Position numbers and translations under genes: made by a program. DNA of 64,000 bases from contig CAYYSU010000002.1 of NCBI GenBank assembly GCA_964474455.1, forward strand, positions 31,924-95,923, in the 5' to 3' direction. The stretch comes from an uncultured Bacteroidales bacterium (lineage in GTDB: Bacteria; Bacteroidota; Bacteroidia; Bacteroidales; BM520). A model generated the notes under the pieces. It was given only the letters and a program-made list of their open reading frames with translations. It was not told the origin of the DNA and did no database searches. Shown piece by piece: positions 46,175-56,187 of this stretch (within the stretch, counting starts at the first letter, position 1; each line of letters begins with the position of its first letter).

Positions 46175-46750
46175 TTATTTTTTTCTGAAGAGTCGGTTTC
46201 CCAGGATTTGGATTCCCATGCCCGCGAGACCACCAATAGAGCCAAACATAAACCAGGTAAGTTGCGGATAGAAATATCCGTGTTTCATAAATGAATCATA
46301 AGGAATTCCACTGGTAAGGCTTATGAGAAGCCGTGTCAATGGTATTGACATCCAGGCGATACCACATGCCAGAGCCAGAAACAGCACCTTCTTCTTTATC
46401 CTTTCAGGTGAGAAGATTACGATAATGTCAAGAATAATACCTGGTAAGACATATACAACAGCTTGCAATGGGTCTTTGAATCCCAGGACAGGAAACAGAA
46501 GCATGGTTCCAATACCCAACGCCGACCATGTTGTGGCGATGTCCATTTTCGAGTTTTTGCGAGCCAGAAACAGCAGTGCCATAAAATAAAGCCCGTGGTG
46601 GCCGGGAAGGTTCATACCCATGCGCAGCCGACCTCGCAATGCAATAGCAAATACTCCAATGCCAAAAAGTAATAATATCTGAAGCGTTTTTGATAATCTC
46701 TCAGTCTGAGAGTTTGCGGACAATGTCTTTTCGTGCAGTATCCCACTCAT
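46175..46750 (-). CDS. small polytopic membrane protein, unknown function
   Basis: 191 aa with ~5-6 hydrophobic segments. Its ATG lies 50 nt inside the end of the upstream gene, which suggests translational coupling. Confidence 0.55.
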   Translation of the reverse strand: MSGILHEKTLSANSQTERLSKTLQILLLFGIGVFAIALRGRLRMGMNLPGHHGLYFMALLFLARKNSKMDIATTWSALGIGTMLLFPVLGFKDPLQAVVYVLPGIILDIIVIFSPERIKKKVLFLALACGIAWMSIPLTRLLISLTSGIPYDSFMKHGYFYPQLTWFMFGSIGGLAGMGIQILGNRLFRKK

Positions 46751-47450
46751 AGTTATCTTGTTTTTGTGATTTATTTACAATAAAAACGGCATTTCCATTT
46801 TTTAATATCGGTCGTACCCAACGATTCAAAAGCACTCTGTCTTCTTGATTTACAGTTATGCCATCAGCTGTTTCCGCATGATGAATTCCGGAAATCTTCA
46901 ACATATCAGAGATTGTCATAATGCCTTCCGGAAGATCACGGAGCTCTTTTACCGGGCCGTTGAGCCAAATAAATCTTCCATCATTACCACTTTTGCGCAG
47001 TCCAATAGCTGATAAAGCACCTATCACTCCGTCTTCAGTGCCACATAATCCTTCAAGAAAAACGTTGTTGTTTGATGCTATTTGCCTTGCCAGGGTTTTA
47101 GTAACAACAACCACTTTTACCGATTGGGCAAAACTAAGGATTTCTTCTGAGATTTTATCTTTTGGAGCGACACACAATCCTATATCGCATCCCGGCACCT
47201 GATTATCAACAAGATGTTGACGGCAGAATTTTATTAGGGGTTCGATATCTGTATCGGTAACTTCGATGCAGGCGGAGGAGTTTTGTGAAGTGTATGGTAC
47301 ATCCGGATGCAACAGTTGTTGGTGTCGCGTGATACCGAGAACGTGCAGCTGAAATTCATTTTCCAACAAAGCTGCGAGCTGCCGTGAGTGAAAGCCAGTA
47401 CCGCGGCTCTCTTTATTGTCGGTATCATCAATTCCGATAAGAATACTCAT
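46701..47450 (-). CDS. standalone TiaS-like (DUF1743-type) domain protein
   Basis: The N-terminus ILIGIDDTDNKESRGTGFH, HPDVPYTSQNSS and DGVIGALSAIGL parallel the GIDDTDS...CTT, P.IPY.T.GNG and G.IGALAA.G blocks of archaeal TiaS as I remember them. At 249 aa it has no OB-fold or Zn-ribbon part. Confidence 0.5.
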   Translation of the reverse strand: MSILIGIDDTDNKESRGTGFHSRQLAALLENEFQLHVLGITRHQQLLHPDVPYTSQNSSACIEVTDTDIEPLIKFCRQHLVDNQVPGCDIGLCVAPKDKISEEILSFAQSVKVVVVTKTLARQIASNNNVFLEGLCGTEDGVIGALSAIGLRKSGNDGRFIWLNGPVKELRDLPEGIMTISDMLKISGIHHAETADGITVNQEDRVLLNRWVRPILKNGNAVFIVNKSQKQDNYEWDTARKDIVRKLSD

Positions 47451-47456
47451 AGGGGC

Positions 47457-47831
47457 TTATTGTTCCTGTATGTTTTCTATTGCTTTTAGTTTCGAGAGGA
47501 ATATCTCAAACTCTTTTTCGATGATTTTGTCTGAATTATCGTGAAATTCATCGAAAGCTTTTACCAGCTCCCTACCTTGAGGAGTAAGGTACGAGCTACC
47601 ACCCTCTTTGCCTCCTCTGACTTTTTCCAGTAGCGGAAATCCAAAAGACTTTTCTATCTCTTTAAGATCGCCCCAGGTTTTTCTGTAGGTTATTCCCAGT
47701 GCTTCGGTGGCAGCCATGAGAGATCCATACTTCTCTATGGCTTTTAGAATATGCCATTTACCATCTCCCATAATACCCTTCCGATCATCTGTCTCTATCC
47801 ATATTTTATAGTTTAACCGGATATTTTCCAT
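47457..47831 (-). CDS. ModE-N-terminal-like winged-helix regulator without molbindin domains
   Basis: KIWIETDD..GIMGDGKWHILKAIEKYGSLMAATEALGITYRKTWGDLKEIE..FGFPLLEKVRGGKEGGSSYLTPQGREL matches the ModE/LysR-type HTH pattern. Only 124 aa. Confidence 0.7.
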   Translation of the reverse strand: MENIRLNYKIWIETDDRKGIMGDGKWHILKAIEKYGSLMAATEALGITYRKTWGDLKEIEKSFGFPLLEKVRGGKEGGSSYLTPQGRELVKAFDEFHDNSDKIIEKEFEIFLSKLKAIENIQEQ

Positions 47832-47885
47832 TGTTATTTATGTTTTAACAAAGATACGCAAAAGGTATTATGGGCGGTAATAATA

Positions 47886-48167
47886 TTATTTGTACAGACA
47901 GCGATAACTTGTGTCACCAGTAGTCTTTACTTTGAAGCTTTTATCTTTTTCCACGATAAATGTTTCAAAAGGCTTGAATGTTTTCCATTCTGTTTCTCCC
48001 GGAAGCAGTACACTCATTTCACCTGCTGTAACAGTCATGTATTCAACTGTTGTTGTGCCGAATTCATATTCGCCTGCTGCCATAACTCCAATAGTTGCGC
48101 GGCCTTCAGTAGCTTCAAAAGCTAAAGATTTAACGTTTCCGTCGAAATATTCGTTTACTGAGAACAT
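47886..48167 (-). CDS. ppnP: pyrimidine/purine nucleoside phosphorylase PpnP (DUF1255)
   Basis: 93 aa with NEYFDGNVKSLAF...G.ATIGVM..GEYEFGT...E.M.V..G...V.LPG...W typical of the family. Confidence 0.85.
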   Translation of the reverse strand: MFSVNEYFDGNVKSLAFEATEGRATIGVMAAGEYEFGTTTVEYMTVTAGEMSVLLPGETEWKTFKPFETFIVEKDKSFKVKTTGDTSYRCLYK

Positions 48168-48186
48168 AATTATATTTTTTATGGTT

Positions 48187-48222
48187 AAAAAAATCCCGTT
48201 TTGCTAATATGCGCCACGGGAT
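48187..48222 (-). terminator. possible terminator after the TPR lipoprotein gene
   Basis: ATCCCG-N18-CGGGAT followed on the minus strand by T7. The loop is long. Confidence 0.4.
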
Positions 48223-48246
48223 GTATGTCTTATCAATAGTGTTGTA

Positions 48247-49224
48247 TTATTTACACTTAATAACTTCTTTGATTTTGTATTCAGCTTCCGCCTTGAAATT
48301 ACCAAAGGCTGCGAGGTTATACTCTTCACAAGCTTTTGCGTTATCTCCTTTTGATTCGTAAGCTTTACCTAATTCAAGGTGAATGCCGGCCTGTGTCTCT
48401 TGTGCGCTGTCGGAGAATTCAAGTGATTTTGTTGCGGCATCAATGGCAGCATCAGCATTCTTTAGGTTGTTATTAGCAACAGCCATAAAATAATATGCCA
48501 GACCGTTTTTATCATCGTACTTAAGAATTTTTTCAGCATTGGCGATAGCTCCATTATAATCCTTACTGTTTATATCTTTTTGTACCTGACCGAGGTAAAA
48601 GCTACGGCCTATTTTAATGGCATTCATGGCCGTCTTTTCATTGTTTTCGGCACGAGCGTATTCGACAGCTTTCAGGAGAGCTTCGTCCATATTATTATTG
48701 TCGCCCATATTTTTATAGGTCATTCCCTGGTAAAGATGAATATCTCCTGATTCCGGTGTATATGACAGTGCTTCATCGAAAGTTTTCAGAGCACCTTCAT
48801 AATCCTCTTTTTTTGTTTTGCTATACCCAACAGAGCCTAATATCTTGGAGATATATTTCTGACTGCCACGAATAATTTTTTCATTGTTTGTAGCCTCAGC
48901 ATTAGCTAAAGCTTCTTTAAGAACTTTCAGTCCCTGTGTAGCCTTTTTATTTTTTACCAGGTCCAGGCCATGATAATACTGTGCTGTAGGTATTTGCTTC
49001 TCGATACTATATTTCAGGTCGTCAGCATCCATGCCGATCATGTCGCATAAACTCAGAGCTTCCTGATATTTTGTAACTGCTAATTGAAAGTTTTTGGCTT
49101 TCAATGCTTCATTCCCATCATTAAAAATGGCTCCTGCTGCGTTGATGTCTCCCTGAGCGAAAAGTGTTGTGGCACTCATCAATACTATAGTCAGTAGAAG
49201 TGTTAATCTGCTGGTAATTTTCAT
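48247..49224 (-). CDS. TPR-repeat protein with signal peptide
   Basis: Signal peptide MKITSRLTLLLTIVLMSATTLFAQ and repeated A..Y..A/G..Y TPR helices throughout. Start moved from 49320 to ATG 49224. Confidence 0.7.
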   Translation of the reverse strand: MKITSRLTLLLTIVLMSATTLFAQGDINAAGAIFNDGNEALKAKNFQLAVTKYQEALSLCDMIGMDADDLKYSIEKQIPTAQYYHGLDLVKNKKATQGLKVLKEALANAEATNNEKIIRGSQKYISKILGSVGYSKTKKEDYEGALKTFDEALSYTPESGDIHLYQGMTYKNMGDNNNMDEALLKAVEYARAENNEKTAMNAIKIGRSFYLGQVQKDINSKDYNGAIANAEKILKYDDKNGLAYYFMAVANNNLKNADAAIDAATKSLEFSDSAQETQAGIHLELGKAYESKGDNAKACEEYNLAAFGNFKAEAEYKIKEVIKCK

Positions 49225-49450
49225 ACTAAGTTGTTTTTTGTTGAACTTATTTTTATTAGATTTTTTATATTTATTTTTGGCGCATAAAATTATAAAAACC
49301 GGTTTGTTTTCCAATATCAAATCTATATGAAGTTTCTCTAATTTGATAAATATGCAATAAAACAGTTTTATTTTTCTTCAACCGGGTGTAGCTTCTCAAA
49401 TACTGTTCCAAAAGTTATTATACGTCAAAACAGCAAAGAGATTATTCAAT

Positions 49451-50710
49451 TCATTCTTGTTCCAGAAGTAGTTGTTCCACATAGGAACGCAGATCTGTCA
49501 CCAGATTTTTATAGTGCGACCCTGTTCCCGGCCCCATAAACCCGGTATATATTTTTTTTATCTCTCCTTTTCTGTTAATAAATAGTGTTGTTGGATATGA
49601 GACAATATTGCTCAACATAGGAAGCACCTTGTTGGCTTCTTCTTTTGCTGATAACCCTGCCCACAGTACTTCATATCCTATGTCATAGTTTTTTACAAGT
49701 CTTTCGATATTTTTCTTTACCGCATCTTTGTCGGTAGATTTTTCAAATGCCAAAGCGATTATTTCCAGGCCCTTATCATGATACTCTCTGTAGAAATCGG
49801 CGTATAGAGCTGTTTCATCCATACAGTTGGGACACCATGTGCCCATGATTTGAATAAGGATTACTTTATTATTATATCGCTCGTCTGTCAGGCAAATTTT
49901 TTCACCAAACCTGTTTGGCAGACAGAAGGCTATCTTTTCAAATCCTTCTTTTAGATAGGTGAGTTCTTCGGGGTTGGTGAGCTCCACAAACGGGTTTTTG
50001 TGTGCCATCCAAGAAGTGCTCCAGTGTTTTCCGCTGTAAAAATTGCCATGTAGGCTGTTATTAGGTAATATTTTTGATGTAAATAGAAATGCATGTGAGC
50101 CGTCGAAGGTTGACAGAAGCATTTCATTACCCCGGATATTTCCTTCCAGATAGCGATAGTCGCCTGTTTCAGTTAGGAATGTTCCTGTGACCCGGTTTCC
50201 TTCCTGCCTGAATTCTCCTATTGCATTCCAGCTGTCTTCCCTATCATGTCCGAAGGTGACCTGCCATTTGCCGGAAATGTCCACCTCGGGAATTTCTTCG
50301 TCGAAAAGGGGGAAACGTGTCTTTGCACCGTAATCCGCAAAGAAGGGTATGGCATAGTCATTACCGCGCATTTTGTTTACCCAAACACCTTTCATCTTGT
50401 CATCATCAATTATTGCCCTGAACTGGGTGTCAAAAAGTTTTGTGTTCATATATATGCTGTCACCTATAATCCACACAGAATCCAAGTGAAGGCGCTCCTC
50501 AGCGTTTCTTATCTCTGCAACAATAGCTCCGGGATCGTTGCGTACCACATCAAGAAAGAATGGCAGAATCTTTTCCGGGTTCTCTTCATCAATGGCAAGA
50601 TAACAGTGCCATTTGCCTGTTTTGATCTCTGCATCCTTTCTAGAACACGAGCTAATAGCAACGGCAATTATTACGATAATAAAAATGTATCTGAGATGAT
50701 TTATATGCAT
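49451..50710 (-). CDS. TlpA-family thiol:disulfide oxidoreductase with ~250-aa N-terminal extension
   Basis: Thioredoxin-fold C-terminus with the GTWCPNC active site. Has an N-terminal lipoprotein-like signal (AISSC). Confidence 0.8.
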   Translation of the reverse strand: MHINHLRYIFIIVIIAVAISSCSRKDAEIKTGKWHCYLAIDEENPEKILPFFLDVVRNDPGAIVAEIRNAEERLHLDSVWIIGDSIYMNTKLFDTQFRAIIDDDKMKGVWVNKMRGNDYAIPFFADYGAKTRFPLFDEEIPEVDISGKWQVTFGHDREDSWNAIGEFRQEGNRVTGTFLTETGDYRYLEGNIRGNEMLLSTFDGSHAFLFTSKILPNNSLHGNFYSGKHWSTSWMAHKNPFVELTNPEELTYLKEGFEKIAFCLPNRFGEKICLTDERYNNKVILIQIMGTWCPNCMDETALYADFYREYHDKGLEIIALAFEKSTDKDAVKKNIERLVKNYDIGYEVLWAGLSAKEEANKVLPMLSNIVSYPTTLFINRKGEIKKIYTGFMGPGTGSHYKNLVTDLRSYVEQLLLEQE

Positions 50711-50750
50711 GGTGAAATTTTATCCTCAAAAATAATTTAATATTGGATAT

Positions 50751-50782
50751 AAAAAAAGCGCAGCCGAAAAGAACTGCGCTTT
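50751..50782 (-). terminator. intrinsic terminator after the C25 peptidase gene
   Basis: Minus strand reads AAAGCGCAG-N10-CTGCGCTTT followed by TTTTT. Confidence 0.65.
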
Positions 50783-50803
50783 GTATATCGTAATACGAAT
50801 AAA

Positions 50804-53800
50804 TTATTCCTTAATGATGCGTTGTATGAGAAAACCTTTATCACCATTTACTCTGATGAAATAGATCCCCGCATCAAGATTTTCAAGGTCATAGCCTTTT
50901 GTGAAAATGCCATCAATAGAGATGTTACCTGAGTCTTCCATAACCTCGCCGAGGATATTTAGCAGAGTAATATTTACCGATTGAGGCTCATTACTTTGTA
51001 ATGTAAGAGTGAATTGACCGTTATTTGGGTTAGGATAAACAGAGAGCGTAACCTGCTCCGCAAGCTCACCAATACCGGTGCAATCTTTAAATGTGATGTT
51101 TACATCATCTTCAGCCATACAACCATATTCATTGGAAACAGTAATACCTATAGTTTTAGTATCACCGATTTCTATACCGTTGATATCCACTTCAATAGTT
51201 TTTGTTATTTCACCTGTTGACCAGTTGTAATCTACGTTGTCCACACCAGCATCAAGAGTAATTGTGTGGTTGTGACAGATGGTAGTATCGTTGATGAGCT
51301 CAACCTCCGGCTTTGGCATCACTTCTATATTATGCTCGGCACCGGCCTGATTGTTTTGACATCCACTGCCATCAATAATGGAATGCAGGTAATAGGATTG
51401 CGTCTCCACAGGAGATACTTCTATAATAAATGTCGGTTCATCAGACTCATAGTTGTTACCATCACTGAATACTAACGACCAGGGAGCGATACCTGTGAGA
51501 TTAATCTGCAGCTCAGCAGAGCTTCCTTCACACATCATATCTTCGCCGGAAATTTCAGCTGTAGGCATATTGAATATTGATAGTACAAATTCATCTGTTG
51601 CGTCCTCACAACTTCCTGTCGCTTTGGCCAGCAAAGTGAGTGTTGCAGATCCATTTGCAATATCCTGCTCTCCCGGAGTATATGATGGGTTTATTACGGA
51701 AGCGTCAGAGAATAATCCGTCACCACTGGTTGACCACATCAATGACGAGTAATTAGTTGCGATTGCTGAATTAATGCTTATGGATTCTCCTTCACATGTG
51801 TTTGTGTCGTCGGCACTATATGCAGTAGGAGGAGTGCTGATAATAATTATCATATCATCAGATTTGTTTTCATTCTGGCCATAAGCTGTGAATGTAAGTT
51901 CTACTTCACCGTTTGCTTCATCCTGTTCGCCCGGAGTGTATATAGCATTAAGAACAGACGTGTCATCGAAAGTGCCGTCACCATTGGTGCTCCACTCAAC
52001 AGATTCGTAGTTTGAAGCGATAGCATTCAACTGAACCGGTTGAGCTCCACAAATATCTGTGTCAGAACCTGCGCTTGCAGTCATAACTTTCAGCGGAGGC
52101 ATTATGATCCAGTCAATATATGCTGCATCAGCACCTGCGCTTTGATCGCCATTTTTCTGGTATATCCAAATAAATGTATGTTCACCGGCGGTAATCGGGA
52201 ATGATGCTTTTGTCCAGTCATTCTCACCCGACCAGATGCCCTGTATCTGAGTATCTATGTAGAATCTCAGGAAGTCACGGTTTTCTTCTGATGATGTTTT
52301 ATAGTAGAAAGAGATTGTATCATCCGTCATTACTTCAACATCAAGAATCATCCGCGAATTGTTTCCATCATCGATAGCTCCTGAGCGTGCTGAATATAGA
52401 CCCTCGAACGCTTCATCAGATGTGATAAACCAATTTTCGTTACCCATTAGTTTCCAGTCGAAAGAAGAAAAGTTTCCTGATTCCCAGTCTTCTACTAAAA
52501 GGCCAACTGGTTTTGTAATGCTTCCGGTAAAGCTGTATCCTTCTGCATCAAGATTGAATGTGATATCGATATATTCTGCCACAGGACATGATCCGTCGAT
52601 AGTAATATTAAAGATGGCCGATTGTTCTTCACCATTATTAATAACACCAACAGTATACTCTGAGTTGTTAATAGTGATGTATTCGTTTGAAGAAGCTATT
52701 GAAGCCACTGCTTCGGGAGAGATGCTGTTACCGTCATTGGGTAGATAAACGATTAGGTCGCCTGTTTCACCGGGGTCGAGCATACCGTTGCCATTTCCTG
52801 AAGCATCAATAAAGACAGATCTTCCAATGCTTAAAACAGGTGCATTTGCAATAACGGTGAATTTACTTTCCCATGCATCAGTGCCATCAGTTGAGTTGAG
52901 GAAAAACTCTATCTCATGCTGATCCGGAACATTATTAGCAACTTCAAAAGTAAAAGCATCTTCAATAGTAATGTTGCTTTCTGCCGGGATGGTTCCAAAA
53001 TCTGCTGTTGCGTTGATAATGGTCACATATTCGTCTGTTGTACTGAGTTCTACCACAATGTTATTGCCATCGTCGCTACCCACGTTTTTCATTGTTACAT
53101 CAAGGGAAACAGTTTCGTCATAATCGATCTGTCCATTAGCATTTTGATCATTAGCAAGAACAAAATCCTTAAGAATGTATGCTCCTGCAGGCGGTATTAC
53201 CTGAATGGCCTGATCGTAGCGAAAATAGTTTTGTTTTGTTATTACCAAATCAACATAAATACCGGGTAGTTGACTTTCGATAATTATCTCAACGGGACTG
53301 CCTGTTCCGATTGCTGTTCCAAGGATTTCTCCATCATGAGAGAGGCAAATGAGTGCACCTTCGTCGGCAGTAACCTCAAATGTTTCAAGGCCACTAAGCA
53401 GAACAGGATTGTGATTGATTGTCAAATCTTGAGGAATCTCAGAATATACAGTAAGGAATGCGTCACCGTGATGGTGAAAAAGTTTATATGTTACTGCTTT
53501 GTTGCCAGTGTTATATGGCCATCCAGACTGCTGTAGGAAATATTTACCTGCGGCATTACCAAACGCTGGTAGGATACCGCGTGGCTCAGGAGTAGCACCG
53601 TACGTGGGCATAAACTCCGGCCATAAGTTGTCATAAAGACCCCACACATAAGTGTCATTTACAAAAGAGTATGATACTTCTGATGCAGCAATAAGACCCA
53701 AAGCGCCATTTCCATGACGATGAAATTTTTCCGTGAAGCACTCACTGCTGATATTATATTTACCCGTAAGGCAGTTGATGGAGAATACGAATGTAAGGTC

Positions 53801-55333
53801 TGTGTTGTTGAGTTGGTTAATATGGCTGTTGGAATATGCTGGTTCTCCCCATCCTTCTTCATAACCATGATCACGGTGCTGAAGCATAAATGCTCCATTA
53901 TTGATGGCGTTTGTTACCATAGAGGAGTTGCCACCGGTCCATCCGCCAAGCTCTGACGGGCTGTCCGGGATATATCCCAGTCCGTTAGGGCCAAAAAAGT
54001 TCTTTACCGTGTATGTATTTGTTGCTGTTGACCAAGGGTCATTATTGGGGTTTCCTCCATATACTGCATTGATACGCACAGGATCTTTGCCCAGTTCATT
54101 TTTCCAGAAGCCACCGATGGTCTCGGAGCAAATCTGGAACCAGCGCTCCGTTTGCCATCCTAAGGCAGTAATGGGGTGGTTGTAGAAATCTGCTGATGTT
54201 GGAGGATCACTTTCGTAATTGATAAATTTCATGATCATGGTTTCAAGTTCATTGGCATTACGTGCCGTGATACGTGCAAAAATTATATCAGGCATGCTGT
54301 TACCTGTTACGTCAGCATAAATATTATCAGAAACACAGTAATTATCCCATATGGGAGATGTGATTTGGGAGTCGTTATTAGAGCCATAATCTCCGAGAAG
54401 AAGCACTGCGGCGGGTTTGATATCCCAGTTGGCGTAGATGTCATCAAAGTAATCTTCCAGGCCATTGGCGCTACTAGTACCTATCTCTTCAAGAGTAACA
54501 ACTTTAGTAAGAATACCCTGCTTGTTACGGAAACGGCGGATTGTGTCGGCCCATGAGGTGAATGCATCGCCATTGGGAGAAACGATGAGATATTCACAAC
54601 CAGTTTGGTCTTTTGTGTTCTTGTAGCGGTTGCTATAGTTTATCTTCGGAAGATCTTGGTAGTTAAGGAGCATGTCGCTAAGGAGAGGATCCCAGAAACG
54701 ATTTCTGTAGCTCTGGTCGCCATATTGACCATAACCACCTTTAGTAGACACTTCAAATTTAATATCTGTATAGATGATAAGCTGCTTTGTGGCAGGATTG
54801 TACTGGAAAGGAGTAACTCCCACTATCACAGCATTAACACCTCTTATGGAAGTTGATTCAGAGAGGATAACAGGATTTGCAGGATAAAAAGCATCCTTAG
54901 AATAAATAGTGTTATTTTTTTCGTATGTCAGGGGTGTGTTATCGTCATCCCATGGAATCTCAGGAGAAGGAGCAATTTCAATATTTTCAATTATCTCTTT
55001 TCTGGCGGAGATAATTTTTACTGTTGCCTGTGCGCCTTGTGGTATCGCAAGGTAACGTCCTGACCCTGGTAGATTTGGTGCGCCCTGATTGTTAGGAAGA
55101 AATTCTCCGGGAAGAGATATCTCTTTCATAACAGTTTTGCCAACTTCCAAGTCGGTGAAAGTGACCTCTGCAATAGAGTAATTAATTGTTTTTGAATCTG
55201 CTTTAGAGGATACTAAGGAGTAACCCTGTGGCCCCCACGAATCCTGAAACTGAAAATGTTGTGCCTGAACGTTAGTTTCTAAAAACAGAAATAACGCCAT
55301 GAATACCACAACCTTAATAAAGATTTGTCTCAT
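50804..55333 (-). CDS. gingipain-type (C25) cysteine peptidase, multidomain, with type-A T9SS C-terminal sorting domain
   Basis: Catalytic His MLQHRDHGYEEGWGEP and Cys FVFSINCLTGKY. Downstream Ig/CARDB-like modules and two ~95-aa tandem modules. C-terminus LSVYPNPNNGQFTLTL...AGIYFIRVNG...QRIIKE. Confidence 0.85.
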   Translation of the reverse strand: MRQIFIKVVVFMALFLFLETNVQAQHFQFQDSWGPQGYSLVSSKADSKTINYSIAEVTFTDLEVGKTVMKEISLPGEFLPNNQGAPNLPGSGRYLAIPQGAQATVKIISARKEIIENIEIAPSPEIPWDDDNTPLTYEKNNTIYSKDAFYPANPVILSESTSIRGVNAVIVGVTPFQYNPATKQLIIYTDIKFEVSTKGGYGQYGDQSYRNRFWDPLLSDMLLNYQDLPKINYSNRYKNTKDQTGCEYLIVSPNGDAFTSWADTIRRFRNKQGILTKVVTLEEIGTSSANGLEDYFDDIYANWDIKPAAVLLLGDYGSNNDSQITSPIWDNYCVSDNIYADVTGNSMPDIIFARITARNANELETMIMKFINYESDPPTSADFYNHPITALGWQTERWFQICSETIGGFWKNELGKDPVRINAVYGGNPNNDPWSTATNTYTVKNFFGPNGLGYIPDSPSELGGWTGGNSSMVTNAINNGAFMLQHRDHGYEEGWGEPAYSNSHINQLNNTDLTFVFSINCLTGKYNISSECFTEKFHRHGNGALGLIAASEVSYSFVNDTYVWGLYDNLWPEFMPTYGATPEPRGILPAFGNAAGKYFLQQSGWPYNTGNKAVTYKLFHHHGDAFLTVYSEIPQDLTINHNPVLLSGLETFEVTADEGALICLSHDGEILGTAIGTGSPVEIIIESQLPGIYVDLVITKQNYFRYDQAIQVIPPAGAYILKDFVLANDQNANGQIDYDETVSLDVTMKNVGSDDGNNIVVELSTTDEYVTIINATADFGTIPAESNITIEDAFTFEVANNVPDQHEIEFFLNSTDGTDAWESKFTVIANAPVLSIGRSVFIDASGNGNGMLDPGETGDLIVYLPNDGNSISPEAVASIASSNEYITINNSEYTVGVINNGEEQSAIFNITIDGSCPVAEYIDITFNLDAEGYSFTGSITKPVGLLVEDWESGNFSSFDWKLMGNENWFITSDEAFEGLYSARSGAIDDGNNSRMILDVEVMTDDTISFYYKTSSEENRDFLRFYIDTQIQGIWSGENDWTKASFPITAGEHTFIWIYQKNGDQSAGADAAYIDWIIMPPLKVMTASAGSDTDICGAQPVQLNAIASNYESVEWSTNGDGTFDDTSVLNAIYTPGEQDEANGEVELTFTAYGQNENKSDDMIIIISTPPTAYSADDTNTCEGESISINSAIATNYSSLMWSTSGDGLFSDASVINPSYTPGEQDIANGSATLTLLAKATGSCEDATDEFVLSIFNMPTAEISGEDMMCEGSSAELQINLTGIAPWSLVFSDGNNYESDEPTFIIEVSPVETQSYYLHSIIDGSGCQNNQAGAEHNIEVMPKPEVELINDTTICHNHTITLDAGVDNVDYNWSTGEITKTIEVDINGIEIGDTKTIGITVSNEYGCMAEDDVNITFKDCTGIGELAEQVTLSVYPNPNNGQFTLTLQSNEPQSVNITLLNILGEVMEDSGNISIDGIFTKGYDLENLDAGIYFIRVNGDKGFLIQRIIKE

Positions 55334-55483
55334 AGTGTGTATTTTATAAAAATTTGAGTCGACCGCAAATATATCACTTTAAGTGTATCAATAACATAGA
55401 AACGAAAAAACGTGTAAGGGTTGCATGTAATATGATTTTTGTGCAATAATAATTTTGATTGTTTAATTTAGCTGAAAAAAGAG

Positions 55484-56185
55484 ATGATAGATCCTCTGAA
55501 TTATTTTTCCCGGATATATCCGTTTGATGGCAATACCATTGCCCGTTATGAATATGGCTTTCGTTATGTTTTTATAATGTTAAAAAATGGACGAGTTGGC
55601 GTTTGTGCCACTCTTAACAACCCTCCTGCGAACATTGATCCCTATACCCTGACTCCGAATATGAATAATGTGCATCACAGAATGATTTATAACGCATGGC
55701 TAAACGCTACTATTAATTGCGACTCAGACGGTGAGGCGGATATTTTCGATGTGATTCCTTTTGACAAGTATGAGAACAATGTTATGGTTGGATTTTTCCG
55801 ACCCGTGGTACAGCGTTTTGATAAAGCAGGAACCCCGGTGATAGTATTTGATCATGCGGTGGAAGACGCCCGCCTGGAGCATATGGATTTATTACCTGAA
55901 GCAGTAACAAATGCTGAACAAATCATTGTTACTTCTACAACTATCTTTAACGGGACATTTTTTAAGGTGCTCTCTTTGAATAAAAACAATGTACCTGTTT
56001 ATATGTTAGGACCATCAACCATTCTGCATGACGATATGTTTAACTACCCGGGAGTGAAAGCACTTTTCGGGATGTTATTTGATAATGGCGATAACAAGAT
56101 TGGTGATATTATTGCCAATGGTGGAGGGACTCGCGATTTTAATACCTTTGCCGCTAAAATTTACCGTAGTAAATATATTTTGTAA
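55484..56185 (+). CDS. DUF4213/DUF364 family protein (enolase-N-like plus Rossmann-like; proposed metal chelation)
   Basis: VGVCATL, AWLNATIN, VMVGFFRPVV, IIVTSTTIFNGTF, MLGPSTILHDDMF and IANGGGTRDF parallel the family's conserved blocks. Confidence 0.65.
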   Translation: MIDPLNYFSRIYPFDGNTIARYEYGFRYVFIMLKNGRVGVCATLNNPPANIDPYTLTPNMNNVHHRMIYNAWLNATINCDSDGEADIFDVIPFDKYENNVMVGFFRPVVQRFDKAGTPVIVFDHAVEDARLEHMDLLPEAVTNAEQIIVTSTTIFNGTFFKVLSLNKNNVPVYMLGPSTILHDDMFNYPGVKALFGMLFDNGDNKIGDIIANGGGTRDFNTFAAKIYRSKYIL

Positions 56186-56187
56186 TT

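Noticed and set aside
55334-55483. TPP riboswitch upstream of the DUF364-thiF-thiS genes
   Set aside because: I could not find the conserved CTGAGA / ACCTGA elements or a plausible P1-P5 fold in the AT-rich 150 bp. This is recorded as an absence that needs an Infernal/Rfam scan to confirm.
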